DNA of 64,000 bases from Victivallales bacterium (GCA_036011305.1 DASCNA010000168.1:617-64616); one strand, 5' to 3'; shown: positions 1 to 10,263, counted from the stretch's first letter. Numbers and translations are program-made. Notes: generated from the letters alone by a model not told the origin.

Positions 1-1600
1 AATAACCAAAGGTAAATTGCCTCCATTTATTGTAACTCTTGGTATGATGAGTATTGCCAGAGGTGCTGCCTTAATGTTGAATAACGGGAGCGCAGTATCG
101 GGCTTTTCTGATTCATTCAGGTTTATAGCAAATGGTAGCATAATTGGAATTCCAATGTTTATTATTATTACAGCTATAGTTTATGCTTTAGGTTTTATCC
201 TGTTAAGAAAAACACCGTTTGGGCGATATGTATATGCAATAGGGGGAAATGAAGAAGCTGCCAGGTTATCAGGTATAAAAACTAAAAAAGTTTTAGTATG
301 GGTATATGTTATCGGCGGTTTAATGGCAGGTCTTGCCGCCATTATGCTGACAGCCAGGATTAACTCTGCACAACCAACTGCTGGTAATACGTATGAACTT
401 CTTGCTATTGCAGCTGTTGTAATTGGCGGAACCAGCTTAATGGGCGGCTATGGTTTTATTGCAGGAACAATTGTAGGTGCTTTGATTATAAGCGTAATAA
501 ATAACGGTTTAAATTTATTGAATGTATCTTCTTTTCTACAGCAGGTCATTATTGGTCTCGTTATAATCTTGGCTGTTTTGATTGACAGTTTCAGAAGCGG
601 GAAGAGTAAAATTATTCCACGTAAATTTATCAGAAAATATTTTATCCCTATAGTAATTATTATCATATTTGTTTTCGGAGGACTTATTTATATAGGCGTG
701 AAACAAAGCGAGAAGGCAAAAAGGCCTAAAATTGCATTCATTTTTAAAACTCTGAATAATCCATATTTTATTAATATGGAAAAAGGTGCCAGAGAAGCAA
801 TAAAAAAATATCCCCAGTATGACCTGATTGTTCAGGCTCCTGAAAGAGAAATTGATGTTGAAAAACAGATGCAGTATGTAGAAAATATGATTATTCAGAA
901 AGTGAAGGCTATATGTTTAACACCTAGTGCTTCAAAAGCGATACTGCCTGCTATAAAAAGAGCAAACGAAGCAGGTATCCCTGTGATTATTATAGATTCA
1001 GATGTGGACAGAGATTTAGCGAAAAAAATGGGAGTTAAAATTGTAACTTTCATAGGCTCTGACAACTATAACGGTGGAGAATTGGCAGCTGAATATATTA
1101 AAAAAATATTACATGGTGTTGGTCAGGTGGCTGTCGTGGAAGGAATGCCTGGTGCTGCTACCAATGAACAGAGGAAAAACGGTTTTCTTGATACTGTTAA
1201 GAAATATCCAGGAATTAAAGTTGTAGCTGTACAGCCTGCAAACTATGAAAGAAATATGGCTTACACTGTTGCTCAGAATATTTTACAGGCAAATCCTAAA
1301 TTAAATGCAATCTTTGCAGTTAGTGATTATATGGCACTGGGTGCAATGTCAGCAATTCAGGAGGCAGGTAAATCTAAGCAGGTCAAACTTGTAGGATTTG
1401 ACTTTCTTGATGAAGCAAAAAAAGCACTTTTAGACGGTAATATGTCTGGAGATGTTGCTCAGTATCCAACTCTGATGGGTGAGGAAGGCATTGATTCAGC
1501 CATTAAAGCTATTAAAGGGGAGAAGGTTCCGGAGCTTCAGTATACAAAACTTGAAGTTATCACTAAAAAGAAAATTGAAGCAGAAACTGATTCTAAATAA
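1..1600 (+). CDS. Ribose-type (CUT2) sugar ABC permease, 5'-truncated by the window edge, fused in frame to a membrane-tethered RbsB-like periplasmic binding domain
   Basis: The frame is open from base 2, and the track's first M is an internal TTG. The N-terminal part has RbsC/AraH-like TM helices (PFIVTLGMMSIARGAALM ... VIIGLVIILAVLIDSFR). An extra TM follows (YFIPIVIIIIFVFGGLIYIGV), then a type-I PBP domain (KIAFIFKTLNNPYFINMEKGAREA, VIIIDSDVD, FIGSDNYNGGELAAEYI, FAVSDYMALGA). Stop TAA at 1598-1600. Confidence 0.8.
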   Translation, partial: ITKGKLPPFIVTLGMMSIARGAALMLNNGSAVSGFSDSFRFIANGSIIGIPMFIIITAIVYALGFILLRKTPFGRYVYAIGGNEEAARLSGIKTKKVLVWVYVIGGLMAGLAAIMLTARINSAQPTAGNTYELLAIAAVVIGGTSLMGGYGFIAGTIVGALIISVINNGLNLLNVSSFLQQVIIGLVIILAVLIDSFRSGKSKIIPRKFIRKYFIPIVIIIIFVFGGLIYIGVKQSEKAKRPKIAFIFKTLNNPYFINMEKGAREAIKKYPQYDLIVQAPEREIDVEKQMQYVENMIIQKVKAICLTPSASKAILPAIKRANEAGIPVIIIDSDVDRDLAKKMGVKIVTFIGSDNYNGGELAAEYIKKILHGVGQVAVVEGMPGAATNEQRKNGFLDTVKKYPGIKVVAVQPANYERNMAYTVAQNILQANPKLNAIFAVSDYMALGAMSAIQEAGKSKQVKLVGFDFLDEAKKALLDGNMSGDVAQYPTLMGEEGIDSAIKAIKGEKVPELQYTKLEVITKKKIEAETDSK

Positions 1601-1617
1601 CACTGGGGGTACTTATT

Positions 1618-3129
1618 ATGTCAGATATAATCCTTGAGATGAAAGATATTGTAAAAGAATTTCCCGGAGTTAAAGCTTTGGATGGTGTTAATATAAAACT
1701 TATTAAAGGAGAGATGCTTGCTCTGGTAGGAGAGAACGGGGCAGGTAAATCAACTTTAATGAAGGTTCTGAGCGGAGTATATACAGATTATGAAGGTGAT
1801 ATACTTTTAAGAAATAAAAAATGCACTTTCAAAGGGACAAAAGATGCTGAAAAAGCCGGTATTGCAATTATACATCAGGAGCTTAACCTGGTGAATGAAT
1901 TGTCCGTTATGGAAAATATTTTCCTTGGCAGTGAGCCTAGGACTATGAAAATATTGACTGACTATAAAACCATGACAGATAAAACAAATAAAATACTTAA
2001 AAGTCTGAATCTGGATATTGAATGTACTCAGATAGTAAAAGAGCTTTCTGTAGGTAAACAACAGATGGTGGAAATAGCAAAAGCTATATCGAAAAATGCC
2101 GATATCTTAATTTTTGATGAGCCAACTTCTGCTTTATCTGATAAAGAAGCAATAGCGCTTTTTGAGATTATTGACAAACTTCAGAAATCAGGAGTAAGCA
2201 TTATTTATATCTCTCATAGAATGGATGAGATATTTACAATGCCCGACAAGATAAGTATCCTGCGTGATGGAGTATCAATCGGTACATGGGATAGAGAAAA
2301 ACTCGATCTGGATACTCTAATTAAGCATATGGTAGGAAGAGAAATTTCTCAAATCTATCCAACTATTAAAAATAAACCGGGCGAAGTTGTACTCAAAGTT
2401 GAAAATTTTAATGTTGATCATCCTCTTCTTTCCGGAGAAAAAATAGTTAAAGATATTAATTTTGAGCTAAGAAAAGGAGAAATACTGGGTATTTCAGGTT
2501 TAATGGGGTCAGGTAGAAGTGAACTAGTAGAAGGAATATTTGGTGCTTTTTCTAAAGACACTCAGGGAAGTATAACTTTGTTTGGAGAAAAGGTCAAAAT
2601 AAGAAATCCCAGAGATGCTATTGATTACGGTATGGCTCTTGTAACAGAAGATAGAAAAACTCTTGGATTGGTTTTACCTCACTCCGTTAGACAGAATATT
2701 ACACTAAGTATACTGAAAAAACTGAAAAAACTCTTTGTTATCAATGAGAAAGCAGAAACAGAACTTGTAGATGAGTATATAAAATCTCTTCGAATAAAAA
2801 CACCTAACCCTGACTTTATAGTAAATAATTTGAGTGGAGGGAATCAGCAGAAGGTAATATTGGCCAAGTGTCTTGCTACAAAACCTAAAATACTGATTCT
2901 AGACGAACCTACCAGAGGTATTGATATAGGATCTAAATCTGAAATTTATAATATCATCAAAGATCTCAGCGAAAGTGGAATTAGTATTATTATGGTTTCA
3001 TCAGAATTGCCCGAAATATTAAAGCTATCTAATCGCATAATGGTTATGCGGGATGGGAAGTCACGTGCTGTCATTGACGCAAAAGATGCAGATCAGGGAA
3101 CAATAATGTACCATGCTACTGCTGTTTAA
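1618..3129 (+). CDS. Sugar ABC transporter ATP-binding protein with two ABC cassettes (RbsA/MglA type)
   Basis: Walker A GENGAGKST. First-half Walker B ILIFDEPTSAL. Second-half signature LSGGNQQKV and Walker B ILILDEPTRGID. It starts 17 nt after the upstream stop, and a G-rich RBS (ctggggg) precedes the ATG. Confidence 0.9.
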   Translation: MSDIILEMKDIVKEFPGVKALDGVNIKLIKGEMLALVGENGAGKSTLMKVLSGVYTDYEGDILLRNKKCTFKGTKDAEKAGIAIIHQELNLVNELSVMENIFLGSEPRTMKILTDYKTMTDKTNKILKSLNLDIECTQIVKELSVGKQQMVEIAKAISKNADILIFDEPTSALSDKEAIALFEIIDKLQKSGVSIIYISHRMDEIFTMPDKISILRDGVSIGTWDREKLDLDTLIKHMVGREISQIYPTIKNKPGEVVLKVENFNVDHPLLSGEKIVKDINFELRKGEILGISGLMGSGRSELVEGIFGAFSKDTQGSITLFGEKVKIRNPRDAIDYGMALVTEDRKTLGLVLPHSVRQNITLSILKKLKKLFVINEKAETELVDEYIKSLRIKTPNPDFIVNNLSGGNQQKVILAKCLATKPKILILDEPTRGIDIGSKSEIYNIIKDLSESGISIIMVSSELPEILKLSNRIMVMRDGKSRAVIDAKDADQGTIMYHATAV

Positions 3130-3305
3130 AGTTTTTATACCTAAATGATAGACGTTTGTTGTGTTATAAAAAGACACTTAGCTTTTACTGTTTTTTTATC
3201 TGGATATATGTTACCCAATATGTATCCAGATAATATAAGTAGGCAGGGATAAGAATAGTATTTATTCAAAAAAATCATAATTCGTAAAAAATTGGAGTGG
3301 ATTGT

Positions 3306-4823
3306 ATGCCGAGAAAGAAAAAAATAATCGAAAGATTTTTGAATTCTGTTGAAGTTGTGGGGAATAAATTACCGCACCCGGCAACACTGTTTTTCCTGTT
3401 TGCTGTTGCTGTTTTAATTTTATCTTATATTGCATCAATATTAGACTGGTCTGCCATAAATCCAGTGACAAAAGAAATAATAAATCCTGTTGATTTACTT
3501 TCTACATATGGTGTTCATGAAATTTTAAATAAAATGGTAACAAACTTTACAGGTTTTGCCCCGCTAGGTGTTGTTATTGTTGCAATGCTCGGCATTGGTC
3601 TTGCTGACAGTAGTGGACTCATTGAAGCTGTATTACGTCTTTTTGTTTTAAAAACTCCAAGACGTCTTTTAACATTTGTATTGGTTTTTGCTGGAGTGAT
3701 CTCTAATTTAGCTGCAGATGTCGGTTATGTTCTTTTAATTCCACTTGCCGGGATTATTTTCATTTCTATTAAACGCCATCCCATTGTCGGAATGGCGGCC
3801 GCTTTTGCCGGTGTTTCAGGAGGTTATAGTGCAAATCTCTTTATTGGAACACTTGATCCGTTACTTGGTGGTTTGTCTACGGAAGCTGCCAGAATTTTAG
3901 ATCCTGCATACACTGTATTAGCAACGGCTAATTATTACTTTATGGTTGTTTCTACATTTCTTGTCGCCATTTTAGGCACATTTGTGACAGAAAAAATTAT
4001 TGCTCCAAGATTTGAAAATAAAGAATATAAACTTGATCATGAAGTGAAAGTAGAGCATTTGTCATCTGCTGAAAAGAAAGGTCTTGTATGGACACTTATC
4101 GCTTTTATAATATTAGTTCTAATCGTTGTTGCCGGTATAATTCCTACAAATGGACCGTTAAGAGGGATTGATGGAAATCTTCTTAGCTCTCCTCTTATAA
4201 AAGATTCTATTGCATTTATATTTATATTTTTCTGTGTACTTGGTTTTGTCTATGGTTATAAAACTGGTAAATTTAAAACAGATTCTGATGTGGTTCAGGG
4301 AATAACAGATAATATTAAAACACTTGCTACCTATATTGTCTTAGTTTTCTTTGCTGCACAGTTTATAGCCTATTTTAAATGGAGTAATCTAGGTCAGATT
4401 TTGGCAATTAAAGGTGCTGATCTTCTGGTAGCAATGAATGTCGGTACAGTACCGTTGATAGTTGGATTTATTATTCTTGCAGCAATAATTAACCTTGTAA
4501 TGGGAAGTGCATCAGCTAAATGGGCATTGATTGCACCTATTTTTATTCCTATGTTTATGCAGCTTCAATTTTCTCCAGAATTAACACAGGTATTGTACCG
4601 TATCGGTGACAGTTGTACTAATCTTATATCTCCCATGATGAGTTATTTTGCATTGATTATTGCTTATTTCCAGAAATACGATGAGGATGCTAACATCGGA
4701 ACAATTATATCAACTATGCTGCCTTACTCAATTATGTTCTTAATAGGCTGGTCAATATTAGCTATTATATGGGTGATGTTTGGATTGCCGCTAGGTCCTG
4801 GGGCTCCATTGTTTTATAAATAA
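3306..4823 (+). CDS. AbgT/MtrF-family transporter (p-aminobenzoyl-glutamate transporter family)
   Basis: About 505 aa and polytopic. Family-like blocks are GLADSSGLIEA, GVSGGYSANLFIGTLDPLL and RIGDSCTNLISPMMSYF. I moved the start to ATG 3306 (GGAG at 3294-3297, 8-nt spacer); the track start 3297 is GTG. Confidence 0.8.
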   Translation: MPRKKKIIERFLNSVEVVGNKLPHPATLFFLFAVAVLILSYIASILDWSAINPVTKEIINPVDLLSTYGVHEILNKMVTNFTGFAPLGVVIVAMLGIGLADSSGLIEAVLRLFVLKTPRRLLTFVLVFAGVISNLAADVGYVLLIPLAGIIFISIKRHPIVGMAAAFAGVSGGYSANLFIGTLDPLLGGLSTEAARILDPAYTVLATANYYFMVVSTFLVAILGTFVTEKIIAPRFENKEYKLDHEVKVEHLSSAEKKGLVWTLIAFIILVLIVVAGIIPTNGPLRGIDGNLLSSPLIKDSIAFIFIFFCVLGFVYGYKTGKFKTDSDVVQGITDNIKTLATYIVLVFFAAQFIAYFKWSNLGQILAIKGADLLVAMNVGTVPLIVGFIILAAIINLVMGSASAKWALIAPIFIPMFMQLQFSPELTQVLYRIGDSCTNLISPMMSYFALIIAYFQKYDEDANIGTIISTMLPYSIMFLIGWSILAIIWVMFGLPLGPGAPLFYK

Positions 4824-5207
4824 TAACAAACAGAAAAACTATTTACGTTATGTTGTCAGTTTTTTATTGTAAAATGACTGGCAATTAATTCACATTTAAT
4901 ACTAAATATGGAGCATATCATAAACAAATAATATGTAGATTTGTTGTTATTTCGCAATATTGGAATTAAAGCTCGTTAAAAAGTTGGATTATGTCATATA
5001 TACAGTGGAAAATATTATCAGTCAAAGTTATATTGCCGCAGAAGTATAATCTGACGTGGGGGAAAATGCGTTTTTTGATGTGAATAATTAAAAATTAATT
5101 CATGAGAACGTGCAGAAAAATCAAATAATTTCAAGAGTATAAGTAAGTTTGCTAAAGGGGATGTCTCGAAAAATAATAAATATTATAAAAGAGTGGGGGA
5201 GAAATAT

Positions 5208-6581
5208 ATGGTAATTCCAAAATTTATACGTACTGGAGAAGCAAAACCTTTAATAAAAGATCAGAAGAAAATAGATTCTTCCTATAAACATGCCAGAAAA
5301 TCTGTAATTATTTCTATGATAGTAGGTTATGGTTTTTATTATGTCTGCCGTATGGCTCTTTCAGTAATAAAAGAACCGGCTATAGAGTCAGGTGCTTTAA
5401 CTGCAATTCAATTGGGAGTTATCGGGTCACTTCTATCTCTTGTTTACGCTTTTGGGAAACTTACAAATGGATTTATTGCAGATAGGTGTAATATAAAAAG
5501 ATTTCTGGCTATAGGTTTGTTTGTAAGTGCAATTATAAATATAGCATTGGGTTTTTATACAGGTTTTATATTCTTTGCAGTTTTGTGGGGGATCAATGGG
5601 TGGTTTCAATCTATGGGATCTGCACCATGTGTTGTTTCGTTATCTCAATGGTATTCGAACAAAGAAAAAAGTACTTGGTACGGTATATGGAGCATAGCTC
5701 ATTATATTGGAGAAGCAGCTACATTTATCGGGACGGCTTTTCTAGTAGTACATTTTGGATGGAAAAATGTTTTTGTCTGGCTAGGTGTCGGAGGTGTAAT
5801 AGTAGCATATTTAACTTATAAGTTTATGTATGATAGACCTGAAGTTTATGGATTGCCTAATGTTGCCGACTATAAAAATGATCATCTTATTACTAAAAAA
5901 GAACACAGTACTGATAAATTAACTATTTGGCAAACCCAACTTTTAGTAATAAAGAATCCTTATGTATGGCTAATAGCGCTGAGTGCTATGTGTATGGGGA
6001 TTGTTCGATATGCAATTAATAGCTGGGGTATATTGTTTTTACAGGATTCGCAATCAATTTCATTGATAACAGCAGGTTCACTTCTTGCTATTACTCCGAT
6101 TATGGGAGGTTTAGGGTCTTTTTTCTCAGGTATCATCTCAGATAAAATATTTAAGGCCCGTCATGCAGTTACGACGACATTTTTCTCTGCATCAATGGTT
6201 GTTTTTATAATATTATTTTGTTTTTCACCCAAAAGTATAATATTATTGGGGATTTATTTGGCAGGTTTCGGCTTTTCTATGGGGGTACTTCTATGTTTTA
6301 TTGGTGGTATGCTTGCTGTTGCTATTTCCCCAACCAAAGCTACAGGTGCAGCAATGGGTATGATTGGCTTTCTTGCATATTTAGGTGCTTTTAGTCAGGA
6401 TATTATAAATGGAGTACTTGTTCAACATGCTCAGCATATAGAAAAAATTCAAACAGTTACAGGTATAAAGGAAATAGTTAAATATGATTTTCATTATGTG
6501 AAACTATTTTGGATAGTAACATCTATCTTAATGCTACTATTCATAATTCCAACAATTTATGCAAAGAAGAAACATGAGTAG
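5208..6581 (+). CDS. MFS organophosphate:phosphate antiporter family protein (UhpC/GlpT-like)
   Basis: WGINGWFQSMGSAPCVVSLSQWYSNKEKSTWYGIWSIAHYIGEA matches the GlpT/UhpC signature region. 12 TM are predicted. ATG 5208 follows GGGGGAG; the track start 5193 is GTG. Confidence 0.8.
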   Translation: MVIPKFIRTGEAKPLIKDQKKIDSSYKHARKSVIISMIVGYGFYYVCRMALSVIKEPAIESGALTAIQLGVIGSLLSLVYAFGKLTNGFIADRCNIKRFLAIGLFVSAIINIALGFYTGFIFFAVLWGINGWFQSMGSAPCVVSLSQWYSNKEKSTWYGIWSIAHYIGEAATFIGTAFLVVHFGWKNVFVWLGVGGVIVAYLTYKFMYDRPEVYGLPNVADYKNDHLITKKEHSTDKLTIWQTQLLVIKNPYVWLIALSAMCMGIVRYAINSWGILFLQDSQSISLITAGSLLAITPIMGGLGSFFSGIISDKIFKARHAVTTTFFSASMVVFIILFCFSPKSIILLGIYLAGFGFSMGVLLCFIGGMLAVAISPTKATGAAMGMIGFLAYLGAFSQDIINGVLVQHAQHIEKIQTVTGIKEIVKYDFHYVKLFWIVTSILMLLFIIPTIYAKKKHE

Positions 6582-6598
6582 ATAAAAGGATAATAAGA

Positions 6599-7330
6599 AT
6601 GAATATAAAAATCGATCTACATATTCACACAGTAGCCTGCGGGCATGCTTATAGTACATTTACAGAAATAATAAAAGATGCTTCTGAAAAAAAAATGGAA
6701 ACCATTGCCATTACCGAGCATGGTCCTGCACATGATCCAAAAGGTACTACACTGGATTTTTTCAATACATACAGAGTCCTTCCTGATGAGTTCAATGGAG
6801 TAAGAATATTGAAAGGTTGCGAGGCTAATATTATTACTAATTCAGGCGAGATAGATTTGCCTGAAAACCTTTTAAAAAAAATGGATATCATCATTGCAAG
6901 TTTTCATACAAACTGCAAAAAAAGTGGAACAGTTGAAGAAAATACTCAGGCATATATTAATGCTATGAGGAATCCGTATATAGATATAATAGGACATCCT
7001 GATGATATTAATTATTTCCCATATTGTCCGGACAAATTGGTAAAGGCTGCGATTGATAATGATGTTGCTCTAGAACTTAATAATAGTTCAGCTCTGGCGC
7101 GACCTGGAAGCGGGAAGCTATGCATAGAAATGTTGAAAGCTGCAAAAAAATATGGAGCAAAGCTGTCAATAGGCTCTGATTCTCATTATCATACGTCAAT
7201 AGGAATTTTTGATTATGCTATAAAGCTTATAAAGGATTTAGAAATTGACAAAAACAAAATAATAAATTTATCAAAGGAAAGCTTGTCTAGTCATTTAAGA
7301 CGAAATCATATAAAAACAAATTGGCTTTAA
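6599..7330 (+). CDS. PHP-domain phosphoesterase (YcdX-like)
   Basis: The N-terminus DLHIHTVACGHAYSTF ... AITEHGP resembles E. coli YcdX. Later His/Asp motifs are present (GHPD, GSDSH). It lies 17 nt after the MFS stop, so co-transcription is likely. Confidence 0.8.
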   Translation: MNIKIDLHIHTVACGHAYSTFTEIIKDASEKKMETIAITEHGPAHDPKGTTLDFFNTYRVLPDEFNGVRILKGCEANIITNSGEIDLPENLLKKMDIIIASFHTNCKKSGTVEENTQAYINAMRNPYIDIIGHPDDINYFPYCPDKLVKAAIDNDVALELNNSSALARPGSGKLCIEMLKAAKKYGAKLSIGSDSHYHTSIGIFDYAIKLIKDLEIDKNKIINLSKESLSSHLRRNHIKTNWL

Positions 7331-7429
7331 AATACTTCTATTGCATATGGTATACCGTATCAGCCTATCATTCAGTTTCATATGATAGTGGGAACCTAGA
7401 CTACTGCCTAAAAGTGCCAATTAGATCAT

Positions 7430-7534
7430 ATTGTGTATAATTATTCTATATTATATGGGTGGTCCATTTTAGCCGTAATATGGGTATTACTAGGACTTCC
7501 ATTAGGCCCAGGAGCTCCTTTGTTTTATCAATAG
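7430..7534 (+). pseudogene. Decayed 3'-terminal fragment of an abgT-like gene ('echo' of 3306-4823)
   Basis: It translates to IVYNYSILYGWSILAVIWVLLGLPLGPGAPLFYQ*. The C-terminus of the full gene is TMLPYSIMFLIGWSILAIIWVMFGLPLGPGAPLFYK*. No upstream coding part remains. Confidence 0.75.
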
Positions 7535-7544
7535 ATAGTATAAG

Positions 7545-7584
7545 AAATACCTGCAAAACCAAATCTGGAATGTGCAGGTATTTT
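7545..7584. terminator. Hairpin terminator between the abgT echo (+) and the convergent 872-aa gene (-)
   Basis: An 11-bp perfect stem: AAATACCTGCA (7545-7555) pairs with TGCAGGTATTT (7573-7583). The loop is 17 nt and a short T tract follows. Confidence 0.55.
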
Positions 7585-7644
7585 ATAAAAATTTTATTAT
7601 TGATAGTTTATTGATCGCTATTTCAAATACTGATTATATGTTTA

Positions 7645-10263
7645 TTATGAACTAAAGCCGGGCGGTAGTCCGACATTCTGATAAGCAAGCACCCAGAATG
7701 ACTGGTTATTATCCCATACATAGTCGGACATAAACCACAAACCTGGATCATGTCTGTCAATGTTATTTGCTTTAAGTTTCTGAACCGAAACCATATAGAC
7801 AACTGGAGTGCAGGTCAGTGCATTTCCATCTTCAGGGTGATTTCCAGTATATCCTTCAGTCGACATTTTTACTCCCCATTTTTCACCCTCTGTTACTTCG
7901 TTTGTTGATGAAGTTGACCATGATATGCTTGTCGTATCATCTGATGTAGGAGTTGGTACAAAACTTACAAAGGAATCGTTTTTTTCCACAATACCAACGC
8001 TTGATTCTGATTCTGTTTTTTTACTCTTGCCATTCTCACAATGCAGGCTTACAGCATCTGCAGTATCACCTTGTAGGGCTGCATATGAAAAATCCATTTT
8101 CGCGATTCCTACATTTTTCTCAGAAAGATTTTTTAGATCATCCATTTTTCTGAGAAAATCCTCTACGCCTTTATTCCCTCCCTTTATGGATTTTGTAGAT
8201 ACAGGTCCAGGAAAATAAGGTTCCATTCCTTTTGTAATACTGTGGCTGTCAGGATCTCTTGTATCGCCGTGTTGTGCGCAAAATTCTGTGTCGGCTGGAT
8301 TGCCATCTAACACAGCAGTAGAGAATAAACAAGAAGTTGTGTTCCCAAGCAGTTTTTCCCCATTCGGTCCTTCCAGTTCGCCTATTATATTTAAAAACTT
8401 TGGTTTAAAGCCTATCCAGCAGTTGCCGTTTGGTTCAGTTACCTGATATGTCCTTTCAGAATCTTTGTTTTGAAAAGTACACTCATTCGTAAACTGGCTA
8501 CTTGCACTTGTAGTACTACTGTATGTTTCAGTGACAAATTTAAATAAATCAAACACTTCTGGGACTCCAAACTCTATATGTGTTTTTTTCCCGTCCTCTG
8601 TGGAACCACTTTTAGTATTTGAATTTGAGTTACTTAAAGTAGTTGTTGCATCTCCTGTTACTGAAGCGGAAGGATACCAGGCTGGAACATAACTTTTAGT
8701 CTTATCAGCCCCTAAATCAGGATTGTATGATTTATCAGGCGGAAGGCTTATTATCAGTCCTTTTGTCACAAAACCTTCTTCTGATAATTTTTTACTTTGT
8801 GGAATTACAGGTGCTACTTCACCACTGCTCCAGTCATAAGTTTCTCCGTAAAACCTAAAGCAGGGTTTGTAATCCTTGTTGTAGTAAGGATTGTGCTGAA
8901 CTAAACTTATTATTGTTTTTGCTTTCTGTTCACCTGAGACTTTTTGAGTGCATTTCGTAAAACTTGTTTGAGGAAGTACTTCCTGTATGAAACAGGGATT
9001 ATATACCATCAGGCCGGGAAAGCAGCTACTGGGACTTAGCTTCGTGCTTACAAAAAATAGTTCACCGTTCAAATTCACAGCCAGCTGATATGCCCCTCCT
9101 TCGCCTATAAATGGTATATAAGAAAAATTATGAGGTGTTCCGGAAGGAGAACTGTTTAAATTATTGTTATTTGCACCGTCAGTATTATTTAAAACTATTT
9201 TTGCGGAAGAATTAATACCAACACCTGAATCTGAAAGGTTATAGAATGAATATGAATAATCATGATTATCATAAATTGTTATTGCTGTATCGTACTGATA
9301 GGTTTTTATGGTATGTCCTATTGCATCAGTTATGTTGCCTAAAGCTGGAATTCTCATTAACCCAAATAGAGATGCAGATCCTGACGGGACTTCATTTCCA
9401 AGCATATCCACCTTATTTAGGGCTTTGACAGAGCTAGTCCATTGTAAACTTGTACTATCCTGCACCTTTATAGAAGCAGTATCTGGATTGAAGCGTATTT
9501 GTCCTATCCTTCCATCCTCCTTCTTATAATATAAAACATACGGATAAGCTTCTGTTAAAGGTTTATCGTGTACAACAGTAAAAACCGGTTCTTTTGAATA
9601 GGCATCGGGGATACTGATGGAATTAATATGCTTGCCATGTTCATTTATTATTGATATGGCTTTTCTGCTTTCCCATAAGAATTGATAATTGCCAACTGTT
9701 ATAGGAGAGGGGGCATTATCCATCTCATAAAAATATACATCAGAGGAAGCATCAGTTGTAGAGATATCAATATTTGCATATGTAGAAGAATCTGTACAGG
9801 AATTTTTGTCTATCCATCCTGCTACAGATGATTGAAATAACCCTGTAATAGTATAATTACGGAATTCAGTACTTTTAATAGGTGTAAAATTGTAGTGCAA
9901 TGTTCCATTATAATTTTCATAATTATTATAAACATCCCACTGAATCCACGCACCACTTGCTTCGTAATAGCTATTATCCACTTTTTGATTTTGACCTTCA
10001 ATTGTAAGTCTTTTATACTCTCCAGGCTGGATCCAAAGTGTACCTTTATCCTTAGAATGCCACACATGACGTACATTCCACTCAGAATTTTCTTTTAATT
10101 TGATAGGACTTTCAGTGCCGTTGTAAAAATTGATATAAGCGTACCAGTATTCACCCTCTGGGCAGATAATAATTTTACCATCGTTAGTAGAAAATGCATA
10201 ACTTGAATAACCAGTAAATATTATTCCCAGAAATGCTATCATCCAAAATATTCTTTTCTTCAT
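7645..10263 (-). CDS. Large secreted protein of unknown function (872 aa)
   Basis: Uninterrupted 872-codon ORF. The signal peptide is MKKRIFWMIAFLGIIFTGYSSYAFS. The protein is rich in Ser/Thr/Asn/Tyr and I recognise no catalytic motif. Confidence 0.75.
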   Translation of the reverse strand: MKKRIFWMIAFLGIIFTGYSSYAFSTNDGKIIICPEGEYWYAYINFYNGTESPIKLKENSEWNVRHVWHSKDKGTLWIQPGEYKRLTIEGQNQKVDNSYYEASGAWIQWDVYNNYENYNGTLHYNFTPIKSTEFRNYTITGLFQSSVAGWIDKNSCTDSSTYANIDISTTDASSDVYFYEMDNAPSPITVGNYQFLWESRKAISIINEHGKHINSISIPDAYSKEPVFTVVHDKPLTEAYPYVLYYKKEDGRIGQIRFNPDTASIKVQDSTSLQWTSSVKALNKVDMLGNEVPSGSASLFGLMRIPALGNITDAIGHTIKTYQYDTAITIYDNHDYSYSFYNLSDSGVGINSSAKIVLNNTDGANNNNLNSSPSGTPHNFSYIPFIGEGGAYQLAVNLNGELFFVSTKLSPSSCFPGLMVYNPCFIQEVLPQTSFTKCTQKVSGEQKAKTIISLVQHNPYYNKDYKPCFRFYGETYDWSSGEVAPVIPQSKKLSEEGFVTKGLIISLPPDKSYNPDLGADKTKSYVPAWYPSASVTGDATTTLSNSNSNTKSGSTEDGKKTHIEFGVPEVFDLFKFVTETYSSTTSASSQFTNECTFQNKDSERTYQVTEPNGNCWIGFKPKFLNIIGELEGPNGEKLLGNTTSCLFSTAVLDGNPADTEFCAQHGDTRDPDSHSITKGMEPYFPGPVSTKSIKGGNKGVEDFLRKMDDLKNLSEKNVGIAKMDFSYAALQGDTADAVSLHCENGKSKKTESESSVGIVEKNDSFVSFVPTPTSDDTTSISWSTSSTNEVTEGEKWGVKMSTEGYTGNHPEDGNALTCTPVVYMVSVQKLKANNIDRHDPGLWFMSDYVWDNNQSFWVLAYQNVGLPPGFSS

